Source of the DNA: Eledone cirrhosa
Taxonomy: Eukaryota
Length of the DNA stretch: 64,000 nucleotides
Direction: 5' to 3'
Assembly: GCA_964016885.1 (NCBI GenBank)
Contig: CAXHJY010000928.1
Span: 558,001 to 622,000 of the forward strand
How positions within the stretch are numbered: position 1 is the first letter of the stretch; each line of letters starts with the position of its first letter. The notes beneath the pieces are model-generated. The model did no database searches. It saw only the letters and a list, made by a program, of their open reading frames with translations, and had not been told where the DNA came from. The translations under genes were made by a program, and so were the position numbers. Positions 28,901 to 44,000 of this stretch are shown one piece after another.

Positions 28901-30685
28901 ATCATTGTGTTGTGATGTTATGAGAGACACAAGAGACAACACTTACTACGCTGTCATCATTGTGTTAGTGATGTTATGAGAGAGACATGAGACTACACTT
29001 ACTACACTGTCATCATTGTGTTAGTGATGTTATGAGAGACACAAGAGACAACACTTACTACGCTGTCATCATTGTGTTAGTGATGTTATGAGAGAGACAT
29101 GAGACTACACTGTCATCATTGTGTTAGTGATGTTATGAGAGACACAAGAGACTACACTTACTACACTGTCATCATTGTGTTAGTGATGTTATGAGAGACA
29201 CAAGAGACAACACTTACTACGCTGTCATTGTATTAGTCGTGTTATGAGAGAGACATGAGACAACACTTACTACACTGTCATCATCGTGTTAGTGATGTTA
29301 TGAGAGACACAAGAGACAACACTTACTACACTGTCATCATTGTGTTAGTGATGTTTTGAGAGAGACATGAGACAACACTTACTACACTGTCATCATTGTG
29401 TTAGCGATGTTATAAGAGAGACATGAGACAACACTTACTACACTGTCATCATTGTATTAGTGATGTTATGAGAGAGACAAGAGACAACACTTACTACACT
29501 GTCATCATTGTGTTAGTGTTGTTATGAGAGAGATGTTGAGACAGCACTTACTACACTGTCATCATTGTATTAGTGGTGTTATGAGAGAGACATGAGACAA
29601 CACTTACTACACTGTCATCATTGTGTTAGTGATGTTATGAGAGAGACATGAGTCAACACTTACTACACTGTCATCATTGTGTTAGTGATGTTATGAGAGA
29701 CACAAGAGACAACACTTACTACACTGTCATCATTGTTAGTGATGTTATGAGAGACACAAGAGACAACACTTACTACACTGTCATCATTGTGTTAGTGATG
29801 TTATGAGATAGACATGAGGCAACACTTACTACACTGTCATCATTGTATTAGTGATGTTATGAGAGAGACAAGAGACAACACTTACTACACTGTCATCATT
29901 GTTTTAGTGGTGTTATGAGAGAGATGTTGAGACAGCACTTACTACACTGTTAGCATTGTGTTAGTGATGTTATGAGAGAGACATGAGACAACACTTACTA
30001 CACTGTCATCATTGTGTTAGTGATGTTATGAGAGAGACATGAGACAACACTTACTACACTGTCATCATTGTGTTAGTGATGTTATGAGAGAGACATGAGA
30101 CAACACTTACTACACTGTCATCATTGTGTTAGTGATGTTATGAGAGAGACATGAGACAACACTTACTACACTGTCATCATTGTATTAGTGATGTTATGAG
30201 AGAGACAAGAGACAACACTTACTACACTGTCATCATTGTATTAGTGTTGTTATGAGAGAGATGTTGAGACAGCACTTACTACACTGTCATCATTGTATTA
30301 GTGGTGTTATGAGAGAGACATGAGACAACACTTACTACACTGTCATCATTGTGTTAGTGATGTTATGAGAGAGACATGAGACAACACTTACTACACTGTC
30401 ATCATTGTATTAGTGATGTTATGAGAGAGACAAGAGACAACACTTACTACACTGTCATCATTGTGTTAGTGATGTTATGAGAGACACAAGAGACAACACT
30501 TACTACGCTGTCATCATTGTGTTAGTGATGTTATGAGAGAGACATGAGACTACACTTACTACACTGTCATCATTGTGTTAGTGATGTTATGAGAGAGACA
30601 TGAGACAACACTTACTACACTGTCATCATTGTGTTAGTGATGTTATGAGAGAGACATGAGACAACACTTACTACACTGTCATCAT
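25968..30685. repeat. 6.44-kb HOR copy 3 with 1,670-bp and 56-bp deletions (4,718 bp)
   Basis: The offset to copy 4 is 4,718 at GCGATG (28021/32739), 6,388 at ATTTTG (28236/34624) and GTTCTG (28582/34970), and 6,444 at CATTATG (28791/35235). The TAAAACG, GACGTG and CACTCTC markers are absent from this copy. Confidence 0.88.
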
Positions 30686-33600
30686 TGTGTTAGTGATGTT
30701 ATGAGATAGACATGAGGCAACACTTACTACACTGTCATCATTGTATTAGTGATGTTATGATAGAGACAAGAGACAACACTTACTACACTGTCATCATTGT
30801 ATTAGTGGTGTTATGAGAGAGATGTTGAGACAGCACTTACTACACTGTTAGAATTGTGTTAGTGATGTTATGAGAGAGACATGAGACAACACTTACTACA
30901 CTGTCATCATTGTGTTAGTGATGTTATGAGAGAGACATGAGACAACACTTACTGCACTGTCATCATTGTGTTAGTGATGTTATGAGAGACACAAGAGACA
31001 ACACTTACTACACTGTCATCATTGTGTTAGTGATGTTTTGAGAGACACAAGAGACAACACTTACTACACTGTCATCATTGTGTTAGTGATGTTATGAGAG
31101 AGACATGAGACAACACTTACTACACTGTCATCATTGTGTTAGTGATGTTATGAGAGAGACATGAGACAACACTTACTACACTGTCATCATTGTGATAGTG
31201 ATGTTATGAGAGAGACACGAGACAACACTTACTACACTGTCATCATTGTGTTAGTGATGTTATGAGAGAGACATGAGACTACACTTACTACACTGTCATC
31301 ATTGTTAGTGCTGTTATGAGAGACACAAGAGACAACACTTACTACACTGTCATCATTGTGTTAGTGATGTTATGAGAGAGACATGAGACTACACTTACTA
31401 CACTGTCATCATTGTGTTAGTGATGTTATGAGAGACACAAGAGACAACACTTACTACACTGTCATCATTGTGTTAGTGATGTTATGAGAGAGATGTTGAG
31501 ACAGCACTTACTACACTGTCATTGTATTAGTGGTGTTATGAGAGAGACACGAGACAACACTTACTACACTGTCATCATTGTATTAGTGGTGTTATGAGAG
31601 AGACATGAGACAACACTTACTACACTGTCATCATTGTGTTAGTGATGTTATGAGAGAGACATGAGACAACACTTACTACACTGTCATCATTGTATTAGTG
31701 ATGTTATGAGAGAGACAAGAGACAACACTTACTACACTGTCATCATTGTTAGTGACTTTATGAGAGACACAAGAGACAACACTTACTACACTGTCATCAT
31801 TGTGTTAGTGATGTTATGAGAGAGACATGAGACAACACTTACTACACTGTCATCATTGTGTTAGTGATGTTATGAGAGAGACATGAGACAACACTTACTA
31901 CACTGTCATCATTGTATTAGTGATGTTATGAGAGACACATGAGACAACACTTACTACGCTGTCATCATTGTGTTAGTGATGTTATGAGAGAGACATGAGA
32001 CTACACTTACTACACTGTCATCATTGTGTTAGTGATGTTATGAGAGACACAAGAGACAACACTTACTACGCTGTCATCATTGTGTTAGTGATGTTATGAG
32101 AGAGACATGAGACTACACTGTCATCATTGTGTTAGTGATGTTATGAGAGACACAAGAGACAACACTTACTACGCTGTCATCATTGTATTAGTGGTGTTAT
32201 GAGAGAGACATGAGACAACACTTACTACACTGTCATCATTGTGTTAGTGATGTTATGAGAGACACAAGAGACTACACTTACTACACTGTCATCATTGTGT
32301 TAGTGATGTTATGAGAGACACAAGAGACAGCACTTACTACGCTGTCATCATTGTATTAGTGATGTTTTGAGAGAGACATGAGACTACACTTACTACACTG
32401 TCATCATTGTGTTAGTGATGTTATGAGAGACACAAGAGACAACACTTACTACGCTGTCATCATTGTGTTAGTGATGTTATGAGAGAGACATGAGACTACA
32501 CTGTCATCATTGTGTTAGTGATGTTATGAGAGACACAAGAGACAACACTTACTACGCTGTCATCATTGTATTAGTGGTGTTATGAGAGAGACATGAGACA
32601 ACACTTACTACACTGTTATCATCGTGTTAGTGATATGAGAGACACAAGAGACAACACTTACTACACTGTCATCATTGTGTTAGTGATGTTTTGAGAGAGA
32701 CATGAGACAACACTTACTACACTGTCATCATTGTGTTAGCGATGTTATAAGAGAGACATGAGACAACACTTACTACACTGTCATCATTGTGTTAGTGATG
32801 TTATGAGAGAGACATGAGACAACACTTACTACACTGTCATCATTGTGTTAGTGATGTTATGAGAGACACAAGAGACTACACTTACTACACTGTCATCATT
32901 GTGTTAGTGATGTTATGAGAGACACAAGAGACAGCACTTACTACGCTGTCATCATTGTATTAGTGGTGTTATGAGAGAGACATGAGACAACACTTACTAC
33001 ACTGTCATCATCGTGTTAGTGATATGAGAGACACAAGAGACAACACTTACTACACTGTCATCATTGTGTTAGTGATGTTTTGAGAGAGACATGAGACAAC
33101 ACTTACTACACTGTCATCATTGTGTTAGTGATGTTATGAGAGAGACATGAGACAACACTTACTACACTGTCATCATTGTGATAGTGATGTTATGAGAGAG
33201 ACACGAGACAACACTTACTACACTGTCATCATTGTGTTAGTGATGTTATGAGAGAGACATGAGACTACACTTACTACACTGTCATCATTGTTAGTGATGT
33301 TATGAGAGACACAAGAGACAACACTTACTACACTGTCATCATTGTGTTAGTGATGTTATGAGAGAGACATGAGACTACACTTACTACACTGTCATCATTG
33401 TGTTAGTGATGTTATGAGAGACACAAGAGACAACACTTACTACACTGTCATCATTGTGTTAGTGATGTTATGAGAGAGATGTTGAGACAGCACTTACTAC
33501 ACTGTCATTGTATTAGTGGTGTTATGAGAGAGACATGAGACAACACTTACTACACTGTCATCATTGTATTAGTGGTGTTATGAGAGAGACATGAGACAAC

Positions 33601-36600
33601 ACTTACTACACTGTCATCATTGTGTTAGTGATGTTATGAGAGAGACATGAGACAACACTTACTACACTGTCATCATTGTATTAGTGATGTTATGAGAGAG
33701 ACAAGAGACAACACTTACTACACTGTCATCATTGTTAGTGATGTTATGAGAGACACAAGAGACAACACTTACTACACTGTCATCATTGTGTTAGTGATGT
33801 TATGAGAGAGACATGAGACAACACTTACTACTCTGTCATCATTGTGTTAGTGATGTTATGAGAGAGACGTGAGACAACACTTACTACACTGTCATCATTG
33901 TATTAGTGATGTTATGAGAGACAAGAGACAACACTTACTACACTGTCATCATTGTGTTAGTGATGTTATGAGAGACACAAGAGACAACACTTACTACGCT
34001 GTCATCATTGTGTTAGTGATGTTATGAGAGAGACATGAGACTACACTTACTACACTGTCATCATTGTGTTAGTGATGTTATGAGAGAGACATGAGACAAC
34101 ACTTACTACACTGTCATCATTGTGTTAGTGATGTTATGAGAGACACAAGAGACAACACTTAAAACGCTGTCATCATTGTGTTAGTGATGTTATGAGAGAG
34201 ACATGATACTACACTTACTACACTGTCATCATTGTGTTAGTGATGTTATCAGAGAGATGTTGAGACAGCACTTACTACACTGTTAGCATTGTGTTAGTGA
34301 TGTTATGAGAGACACAAGAGACAACACTTACTACACTGTCATCATTGTGTTAGTGATGTTTTGAGAGACACAAGAAACAACACTTACTACACTGTCATCA
34401 TTGTGTTAGTGATGTTATGAGAGAGACATGAGACAACACTTACTACACTGTCATCATTGTGTTAGTGATGTTATGAGAGAGACATGAGACAACACTTACT
34501 ACACTGTCATCATTGTGATAGTGATGTTATGAGAGAGACACGAGACAACACTTACTACACTGTCATCATTGTGTTAGTGATGTTATGAGAGAGACATGAG
34601 ACTACACTTACTACACTGTCATCATTTTGTTAGTGATGTTATGAGAGACACAAGAGACAACACTTACTACACTGTCATCATTGTGTTAGTGATGTTATGA
34701 GAGAGATGTTGAGACAGCACTTACTACACTGTCATTGTATTAGTGGTGTTATGAGAGAGACATGAGACAACACTTACTACACTGTCATCATTGTATTAGT
34801 GGTGTTATGAGAGAGACATGAGACAACACTTACTACACTGTCATCATTGTGTTAGTGATGTTATGAGAGAGACATGAGACAACACTTACTACACTGTCAT
34901 CATTGTATTAGTGATGTTATGAGAGAGACAAGAGACAACACTTACTACACTGTCATCATTGTTAGTGATGTTCTGAGAGACACAAGAGACAACACTTACT
35001 ACACTGTCATCATTGTGTTAGTGATGTTATGAGAGAGACATGAGACAACACTTACTACACTCTCATCATTGTGTTAGTGATGTTATGAGAGAGACATGAG
35101 ACAACACTTACTACACTGTCATCATTGTATTAGTGATGTTATGAGAGAGACAAGAGACAACACTTACTACACTGTCATCATTGTGTTAGTGATGTTATGA
35201 GAGACACAAGAGACAACACTTACTACGCTGTCATCATTATGTTAGTGATGTTATGAGAGAGACATGAGACTACACTTACTACACTGTCATCATTGTGTTA
35301 GTGATGTTATGAGAGAGACATGAGACAACACTTACTACACTGTCATCATTGTGTTGTGATGTTATGAGAGACACAAGAGACAACACTTACTACGCTGTCA
35401 TCATTGTGTTAGTGATGTTATGAGAGAGACATGAGACTACACTTACTACACTGTCATCATTGTGTTAGTGATGTTATGAGAGACACAAGAGACAACACTT
35501 ACTACGCTGTCATCATTGTGTTAGTGATGTTATGAGAGAGACATGAGACTACACTGTCATCATTGTGTTAGTGATGTTATGAGAGACACAAGAGACTACA
35601 CTTACTACACTGTCATCATTGTGTTAGTGATGTTATGAGAGACACAAGAGACAACACTTACTACGCTGTCATTGTATTAGTCGTGTTATGAGAGAGACAT
35701 GAGACAACACTTACTACACTGTCATCATCGTGTTAGTGATGTTATGAGAGACACAAGAGACAACACTTACTACACTGTCATCATTGTGTTAGTGATGTTT
35801 TGAGAGAGACATGAGACAACACTTACTACACTGTCATCATTGTGTTAGCGATGTTATAAGAGAGACATGAGACAACACTTACTACACTGTCATCATTGTA
35901 TTAGTGATGTTATGAGAGAGACAAGAGACAACACTTACTACACTGTCATCATTGTGTTAGTGTTGTTATGAGAGAGATGTTGAGACAGCACTTACTACAC
36001 TGTCATCATTGTATTAGTGGTGTTATGAGAGAGACATGAGACAACACTTACTACACTGTCATCATTGTGTTAGTGATGTTATGAGAGAGACATGAGTCAA
36101 CACTTACTACACTGTCATCATTGTGTTAGTGATGTTATGAGAGACACAAGAGACAACACTTACTACACTGTCATCATTGTTAGTGATGTTATGAGAGACA
36201 CAAGAGACAACACTTACTACACTGTCATCATTGTGTTAGTGATGTTATGAGATAGACATGAGGCAACACTTACTACACTGTCATCATTGTATTAGTGATG
36301 TTATGAGAGAGACAAGAGACAACACTTACTACACTGTCATCATTGTTTTAGTGGTGTTATGAGAGAGATGTTGAGACAGCACTTACTACACTGTTAGCAT
36401 TGTGTTAGTGATGTTATGAGAGAGACATGAGACAACACTTACTACACTGTCATCATTGTGTTAGTGATGTTATGAGAGAGACATGAGACAACACTTACTA
36501 CACTGTCATCATTGTGTTAGTGATGTTATGAGAGAGACATGAGACAACACTTACTACACTGTCATCATTGTGTTAGTGATGTTATGAGAGAGACATGAGA

Positions 36601-37073
36601 CAACACTTACTACACTGTCATCATTGTATTAGTGATGTTATGAGAGAGACAAGAGACAACACTTACTACACTGTCATCATTGTATTAGTGTTGTTATGAG
36701 AGAGATGTTGAGACAGCACTTACTACACTGTCATCATTGTATTAGTGGTGTTATGAGAGAGACATGAGACAACACTTACTACACTGTCATCATTGTGTTA
36801 GTGATGTTATGAGAGAGACATGAGACAACACTTACTACACTGTCATCATTGTATTAGTGATGTTATGAGAGAGACAAGAGACAACACTTACTACACTGTC
36901 ATCATTGTGTTAGTGATGTTATGAGAGACACAAGAGACAACACTTACTACGCTGTCATCATTGTGTTAGTGATGTTATGAGAGAGACATGAGACTACACT
37001 TACTACACTGTCATCATTGTGTTAGTGATGTTATGAGAGAGACATGAGACAACACTTACTACACTGTCATCAT
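30686..37073. repeat. 6.44-kb HOR copy 4 (essentially full length)
   Basis: Contains the full marker series in order: TTAGAATTG 30848, TGTTATC 32614, TAAAACG ~34160, TAGTCG 35678 and GAGTC 36094. Confidence 0.88.
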
Positions 37074-40000
37074 TGTGTTAGTGATGTTATGAGAGACACA
37101 AGAGACAACACTTACTACGCTGTCATCATTGTGTTAGTGATGTTATGAGAGAGACATGAGACTACACTTACTACACTGTCATCATTGTGTTAGTGATGTT
37201 ATGAGAGACACAAGAGACAACACTTACTACGCTGTCATCATTGTGTTAGTGATGTTATGAGAGAGACATGAGACTACACTGTCATCATTGTGTTAGTGAT
37301 GTTATGAGAGAGACATGAGACAACACTTACTACACTGTCATCATTGTGTTAGTGATGTTATGAGAGACACAAGAGACAACACTTACTACGCTGTCATCAT
37401 TGTGTTAGTGATGTTATGAGAGAGACATGAGACTACACTTACTACACTGTCATCATTGTGTTAGTGATGTTATGAGAGAGACATGAGACAACACTTACTA
37501 CACTGTCATCATTGTATTAGTGATGTTATGAGAGAGACAAGAGACAACACTTACTACACTGTCAGCATTGTGTTAGTGATGTTTTGAGAGACATGAGACA
37601 CTTACTACACTGTCATCATTGTATTAGTGATGTTATGAGAGAGACAAGAGACAACACTTACTACACTGTCATCATTGTGTTAGTGATGTTATGAGAGACA
37701 CAAGAGACAACACTTACTACGCTGTCATCATTGTGTTAGTGATGTTATGAGAGAGACATGAGACTACACTTACTACACTGTCACCATTGTGTTAGTGATG
37801 TTATGAGAGACACAAGAGACAACACTTACTACGCTGTCATCATTGTGTTAGTGATGTTATGAGAGAGACATGAGACAACACTTACTACACTGTCATCATT
37901 GTGTTAGTGATGTTATGAGAGAGACATGAGTCAACACTTACTACACTGTCATCATTGTGTTAGTGATGTTATGAGAGACACAAGAGACAACACTTACTAC
38001 ACTGTCATCATTGTTAGTGATGTTATGAGAGACACAAGAGACAACACTTACTACACTGTCATCATTGTGTTAGTGATGTTATGAGAGAGACATGAGACAA
38101 CACTTACTACACTGTCATCATTGTATTAGTGATGTTATGAGAGAGACAAGAGACAACACTTACTACACTGTCATCATTGTGTTAGTGATGTTATGAGAGA
38201 CACAAGAGACAACACTTACTACGCTGTCATCATTATGTTAGTGATGTTATGAGAGAGACATGAGACTACACTTACTACACTGTCATCATTGTGTTAGTGA
38301 TGTTATGAGAGAGACATGAGACAACACTTACTACACTGTCATCATTGTGTTGTGATGTTATGAGAGACACAAGAGACAACACTTACTACGCTGTCATCAT
38401 TGTGTTAGTGATGTTATGAGAGAGACATGAGACTACACTTACTACACTGTCATCATTGTGTTAGTGATGTTATGAGAGACACAAGAGACAACACTTACTA
38501 CGCTGTCATCATTGTGTTAGTGATGTTATGAGAGAGACATGAGACTACACTGTCATCATTGTGTTAGTGATGTTATGAGAGACACAAGAGACTACACTTA
38601 CTACACTGTCATCATTGTGTTAGTGATGTTATGAGAGACACAAGAGACAACACTTACTACGCTGTCATTGTATTAGTGGTGTTATGAGAGAGACATGAGA
38701 CAACACTTACTACACTGTCATCATCGTGTTAGTGATGTTATGAGAGACACAAGAGACAACACTTACTACACTGTCATCATTGTGTTAGTGATGTTTTGAG
38801 AGAGACATGAGACAACACTTACTACACTGTCATCATTGTGTTAGCGATGTTATAAGAGAGACATGAGACAACACTTACTACACTGTCATCATTGTATTAG
38901 TGATGTTATGAGAGAGACAAGAGACAACACTTACTACACTGTCATCATTGTGTTAGTGTTGTTATGAGAGAGATGTTGAGACAGCACTTACTACACTGTC
39001 ATCATTGTATTAGTGGTGTTATGAGAGAGACATGAGACAACACTTACTACACTGTCATCATTGTGTTAGTGATGTTATGAGAGAGACATGAGTCAACACT
39101 TACTACACTGTCATCATTGTGTTAGTGATGTTATGAGAGACACAAGAGACAACACTTACTACACTGTCATCATTGTTAGTGATGTTATGAGAGACACAAG
39201 AGACAACACTTACTACACTGTCATCATTGTGTTAGTGATGTTATGAGAGAGACATGAGACAACACTTACTACACTGTCATCATTGTGTTAGTGATGTTAT
39301 GAGATAGACATGAGGCAACACTTACTACACTGTCATCATTGTATTAGTGATGTTATGAGAGAGACAAGAGACAACACTTACTACACTGTCATCATTGTTT
39401 TAGTGGTGTTATGAGAGAGATGTTGAGACAGCACTTACTACACTGTTAGCATTGTGTTAGTGATGTTATGAGAGAGACATGAGACAACACTTACTACACT
39501 GTCATCATTGTGTTAGTGATGTTATGAGAGAGACATGAGACAACACTTACTACACTGTCATCATTGTGTTAGTGATGTTATGAGAGAGACATGAGACAAC
39601 ACTTACTACACTGTCATCATTGTGTTAGTGATGTTATGAGAGAGACATGAGACAACACTTACTACACTGTCATCATTGTATTAGTGATGTTATGAGAGAG
39701 ACAAGAGACAACACTTACTACACTGTCATCATTGTATTAGTGTTGTTATGAGAGAGATGTTGAGACAGCACTTACTACACTGTCATCATTGTATTAGTGG
39801 TGTTATGAGAGAGACATGAGACAACACTTACTACACTGTCATCATTGTGTTAGTGATGTTATGAGAGAGACATGAGACAACACTTACTACACTGTCATCA
39901 TTGTATTAGTGATGTTATGAGAGAGACAAGAGACAACACTTACTACACTGTCATCATTGTGTTAGTGATGTTATGAGAGACACAAGAGACAACACTTACT

Positions 40001-41061
40001 ACGCTGTCATCATTGTGTTAGTGATGTTATGAGAGAGACATGAGACTACACTTACTACACTGTCATCATTGTGTTAGTGATGTTATGAGAGAGACATGAG
40101 ACAACACTTACTACACTGTCATCATTGTGTTAGTGATGTTATGAGAGACACAAGAGACAACACTTACTACGCTGTCATCATTGTGTTAGTGATGTTATGA
40201 GAGAGACATGAGACTACACTTACTACACTGTCATCATTGTGTTAGTGATGTTATGAGAGACACAAGAGACAACACTTACTACGCTGTCATCATTGTGTTA
40301 GTGATGTTATGAGAGAGACATGAGACTACACTGTCATCATTGTGTTAGTGATGTTATGAGAGAGACATGAGACTACACTTACTACACTGTCATCATTGTG
40401 TTAGTGATGTTATGAGAGAGACATGAGACAACACTTACTACACTGTCATCATTGTATTAGTGATGTTATGAGAGAGACAAGAGACAACACTTACTACACT
40501 GTCAGCATTGTGTTAGTGATGTTTTGAGAGACATGAGACACTTACTACACTGTCATCATTGTATTAGTGATGTTATGAGAGAGACAAGAGACAACACTTA
40601 CTACACTGTCATCATTGTGTTAGTGATGTTATGAGAGACACAAGAGACAACACTTACTACGCTGTCATCATTGTGTTAGTGATGTTATGAGAGAGACATG
40701 AGACTACACTTACTACACTGTCATCATTGTGTTAGTGATGTTATGAGAGACACAAGAGACAACACTTACTACGCTGTCATCATTGTGTTAGTGATGTTAT
40801 GAGAGAGACATGAGACAACACTTACTACACTGTCATCATTGTGTTAGTGATGTTATGAGAGAGACATGAGTCAACACTTACTACACTGTCATCATTGTGT
40901 TAGTGATGTTATGAGAGACACAAGAGACAACACTTACTACACTGTCATCATTGTTAGTGATGTTATGAGAGACACAAGAGACAACACTTACTACACTGTC
41001 ATCATTGTGTTAGTGATGTTATGAGAGAGACATGAGACAACACTTACTACACTGTCATCAT
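35100..41061. repeat. ~3.0-kb tandemly repeated segment at the transition between HOR domains
   Basis: CATTATG 35235/38231 (2,996), GTTTTAGTGG 36345/39397 (3,052) and GTCAGC 37561/40501 (2,940). The offsets differ by whole monomers. Confidence 0.78.
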
Positions 41062-44000
41062 TGTGTTAGTGATGTTATGAGATAGACATGAGGCAACACT
41101 TACTACACTGTCATCATTGTATTAGTGATGTTATGAGAGAGACAAGAGACAACACTTACTACACTGTCATCATTGTATTAGTGGTGTTATGAGAGAGATG
41201 TTGAGACAGCACTTACTACACTGTTAGAATTGTGTTAGTGATGTTATGAGAGAGACATGAGACAACACTTACTACACTGTCATCATTGTGTTAGTGATGT
41301 TATGAGAGAGACATGAGACAACACTTACTGCACTGTCATCATTGTGTTAGTGATGTTATGAGAGACACAAGAGACAACACTTACTACACTGTCATCATTG
41401 TGTTAGTGATGTTTTGAGAGACACAAGAGACAACACTTACTACACTGTCATCATTGTGTTAGTGATGTTATGAGAGAGACATGAGACAACACTTACTACA
41501 CTGTCATCATTGTGTTAGTGATGTTATGAGAGAGACATGAGACAACACTTACTACACTGTCATCATTGTGATAGTGATGTTATGAGAGAGACACGAGACA
41601 ACACTTACTACACTGTCATCATTGTGTTAGTGATGTTATGAGAGAGACATGAGACTACACTTACTACACTGTCATCATTGTTAGTGATGTTATGAGAGAC
41701 ACAAGAGACAACACTTACTACACTGTCATCATTGTGTTAGTGATGTTATGAGAGAGACATGAGACTACACTTACTACACTGTCATCATTGTGTTAGTGAT
41801 GTTATGAGAGACACAAGAGACAACACTTACTACACTGTCATTATTGTGTTAGTGATGTTATGAGAGAGATGTTGAGACAGCACTTACTACACTGTCATTG
41901 TATTAGTGGTGTTATGAGAGAGACATGAGACAACACTTACTACACTGTCATCATTGTATTAGTGGTGTTATGAGAGAGACATGAGACAACACTTACTACA
42001 CTGTCATCATTGTGTTAGTGATGTTATGAGAGAGACATGAGACAACACTTACTACACTGTCATCATTGTATTAGTGATGTTATGAGAGAGACAAGAGACA
42101 ACACTTACTACACTGTCATCATTGTTAGTGACTTTATGAGAGACACAAGAGACAACACTTACTACACTGTCATCATTGTGTTAGTGATGTTATGAGAGAG
42201 ACATGAGACAACACTTACTACACTGTCATCATTGTGTTAGTGATGTTATGAGAGAGACATGAGACAACACTTACTACACTGTCATCATTGTATTAGTGAT
42301 GTTATGAGAGACACATGAGACAACACTTACTACGCTGTCATCATTGTGTTAGTGATGTTATGAGAGAGACATGAGACTACACTTACTACACTGTCATCAT
42401 TGTGTTAGTGATGTTATGAGAGACACAAGAGACAACACTTACTACGCTGTCATCATTGTGTTAGTGATGTTATGAGAGAGACATGAGACTACACTGTCAT
42501 CATTGTGTTAGTGATGTTATGAGAGACACAAGAGACAACACTTACTACGCTGTCATCATTGTATTAGTGGTGTTATGAGAGAGACATGAGACAACACTTA
42601 CTACACTGTCATCATTGTGTTAGTGATGTTATGAGAGACACAAGAGACTACACTTACTACACTGTCATCATTGTGTTAGTGATGTTATGAGAGACACAAG
42701 AGACAGCACTTACTACGCTGTCATCATTGTATTAGTGATGTTTTGAGAGAGACATGAGACTACACTTACTACACTGTCATCATTGTGTTAGTGATGTTAT
42801 GAGAGACACAAGAGACAACACTTACTACGCTGTCATCATTGTGTTAGTGATGTTATGAGAGAGACATGAGACTACACTGTCATCATTGTGTTAGTGATGT
42901 TATGAGAGACACAAGAGACAACACTTACTACGCTGTCATCATTGTATTAGTGGTGTTATGAGAGAGACATGAGACAACACTTACTACACTGTCATCATCG
43001 TGTTAGTGATATGAGAGACACAAGAGACAACACTTACTACACTGTCATCATTGTGTTAGTGATGTTTTGAGAGAGACATGAGACAACACTTACTACACTG
43101 TCATCATTGTGTTAGCGATGTTATAAGAGAGACATGAGACAACACTTACTACACTGTCATCATTGTGTTAGTGATGTTATGAGAGAGACATGAGACAACA
43201 CTTACTACACTGTCATCATTGTGTTAGTGATGTTATGAGAGACACAAGAGACTACACTTACTACACTGTCATCATTGTGTTAGTGATGTTATGAGAGAGA
43301 CAAGAGACAACACTTACTACACTGTCATCATTGTTAGTGACTTTATGAGAGACACAAGAGACAACACTTACTACACTGTCATCATTGTGTTAGTGATGTT
43401 ATGAGAGAGACATGAGACAACACTTACTACACTGTCATCATTGTGTTAGTGATGTTATGAGAGAGACATGAGACAACACTTACTACACTGTCATCATTGT
43501 ATTAGTGATGTTATGAGAGACACATGAGACAACACTTACTACGCTGTCATCATTGTGTTAGTGATGTTATGAGAGAGACATGAGACTACACTTACTACAC
43601 TGTCATCATTGTGTTAGTGATGTTATGAGAGACACAAGAGACAACACTTACTACGCTGTCATCATTGTGTTAGTGATGTTATGAGAGAGACATGAGACTA
43701 CACTGTCATCATTGTGTTAGTGATGTTATGAGAGACACAAGAGACAACACTTACTACGCTGTCATCATTGTATTAGTGGTGTTATGAGAGAGACATGAGA
43801 CAACACTTACTACACTGTCATCATTGTGTTAGTGATGTTATGAGAGACACAAGAGACTACACTTACTACACTGTCATCATTGTGTTAGTGATGTTATGAG
43901 AGACACAAGAGACAGCACTTACTACGCTGTCATCATTGTATTAGTGATGTTTTGAGAGAGACATGAGACTACACTTACTACACTGTCATCATTGTGTTAG

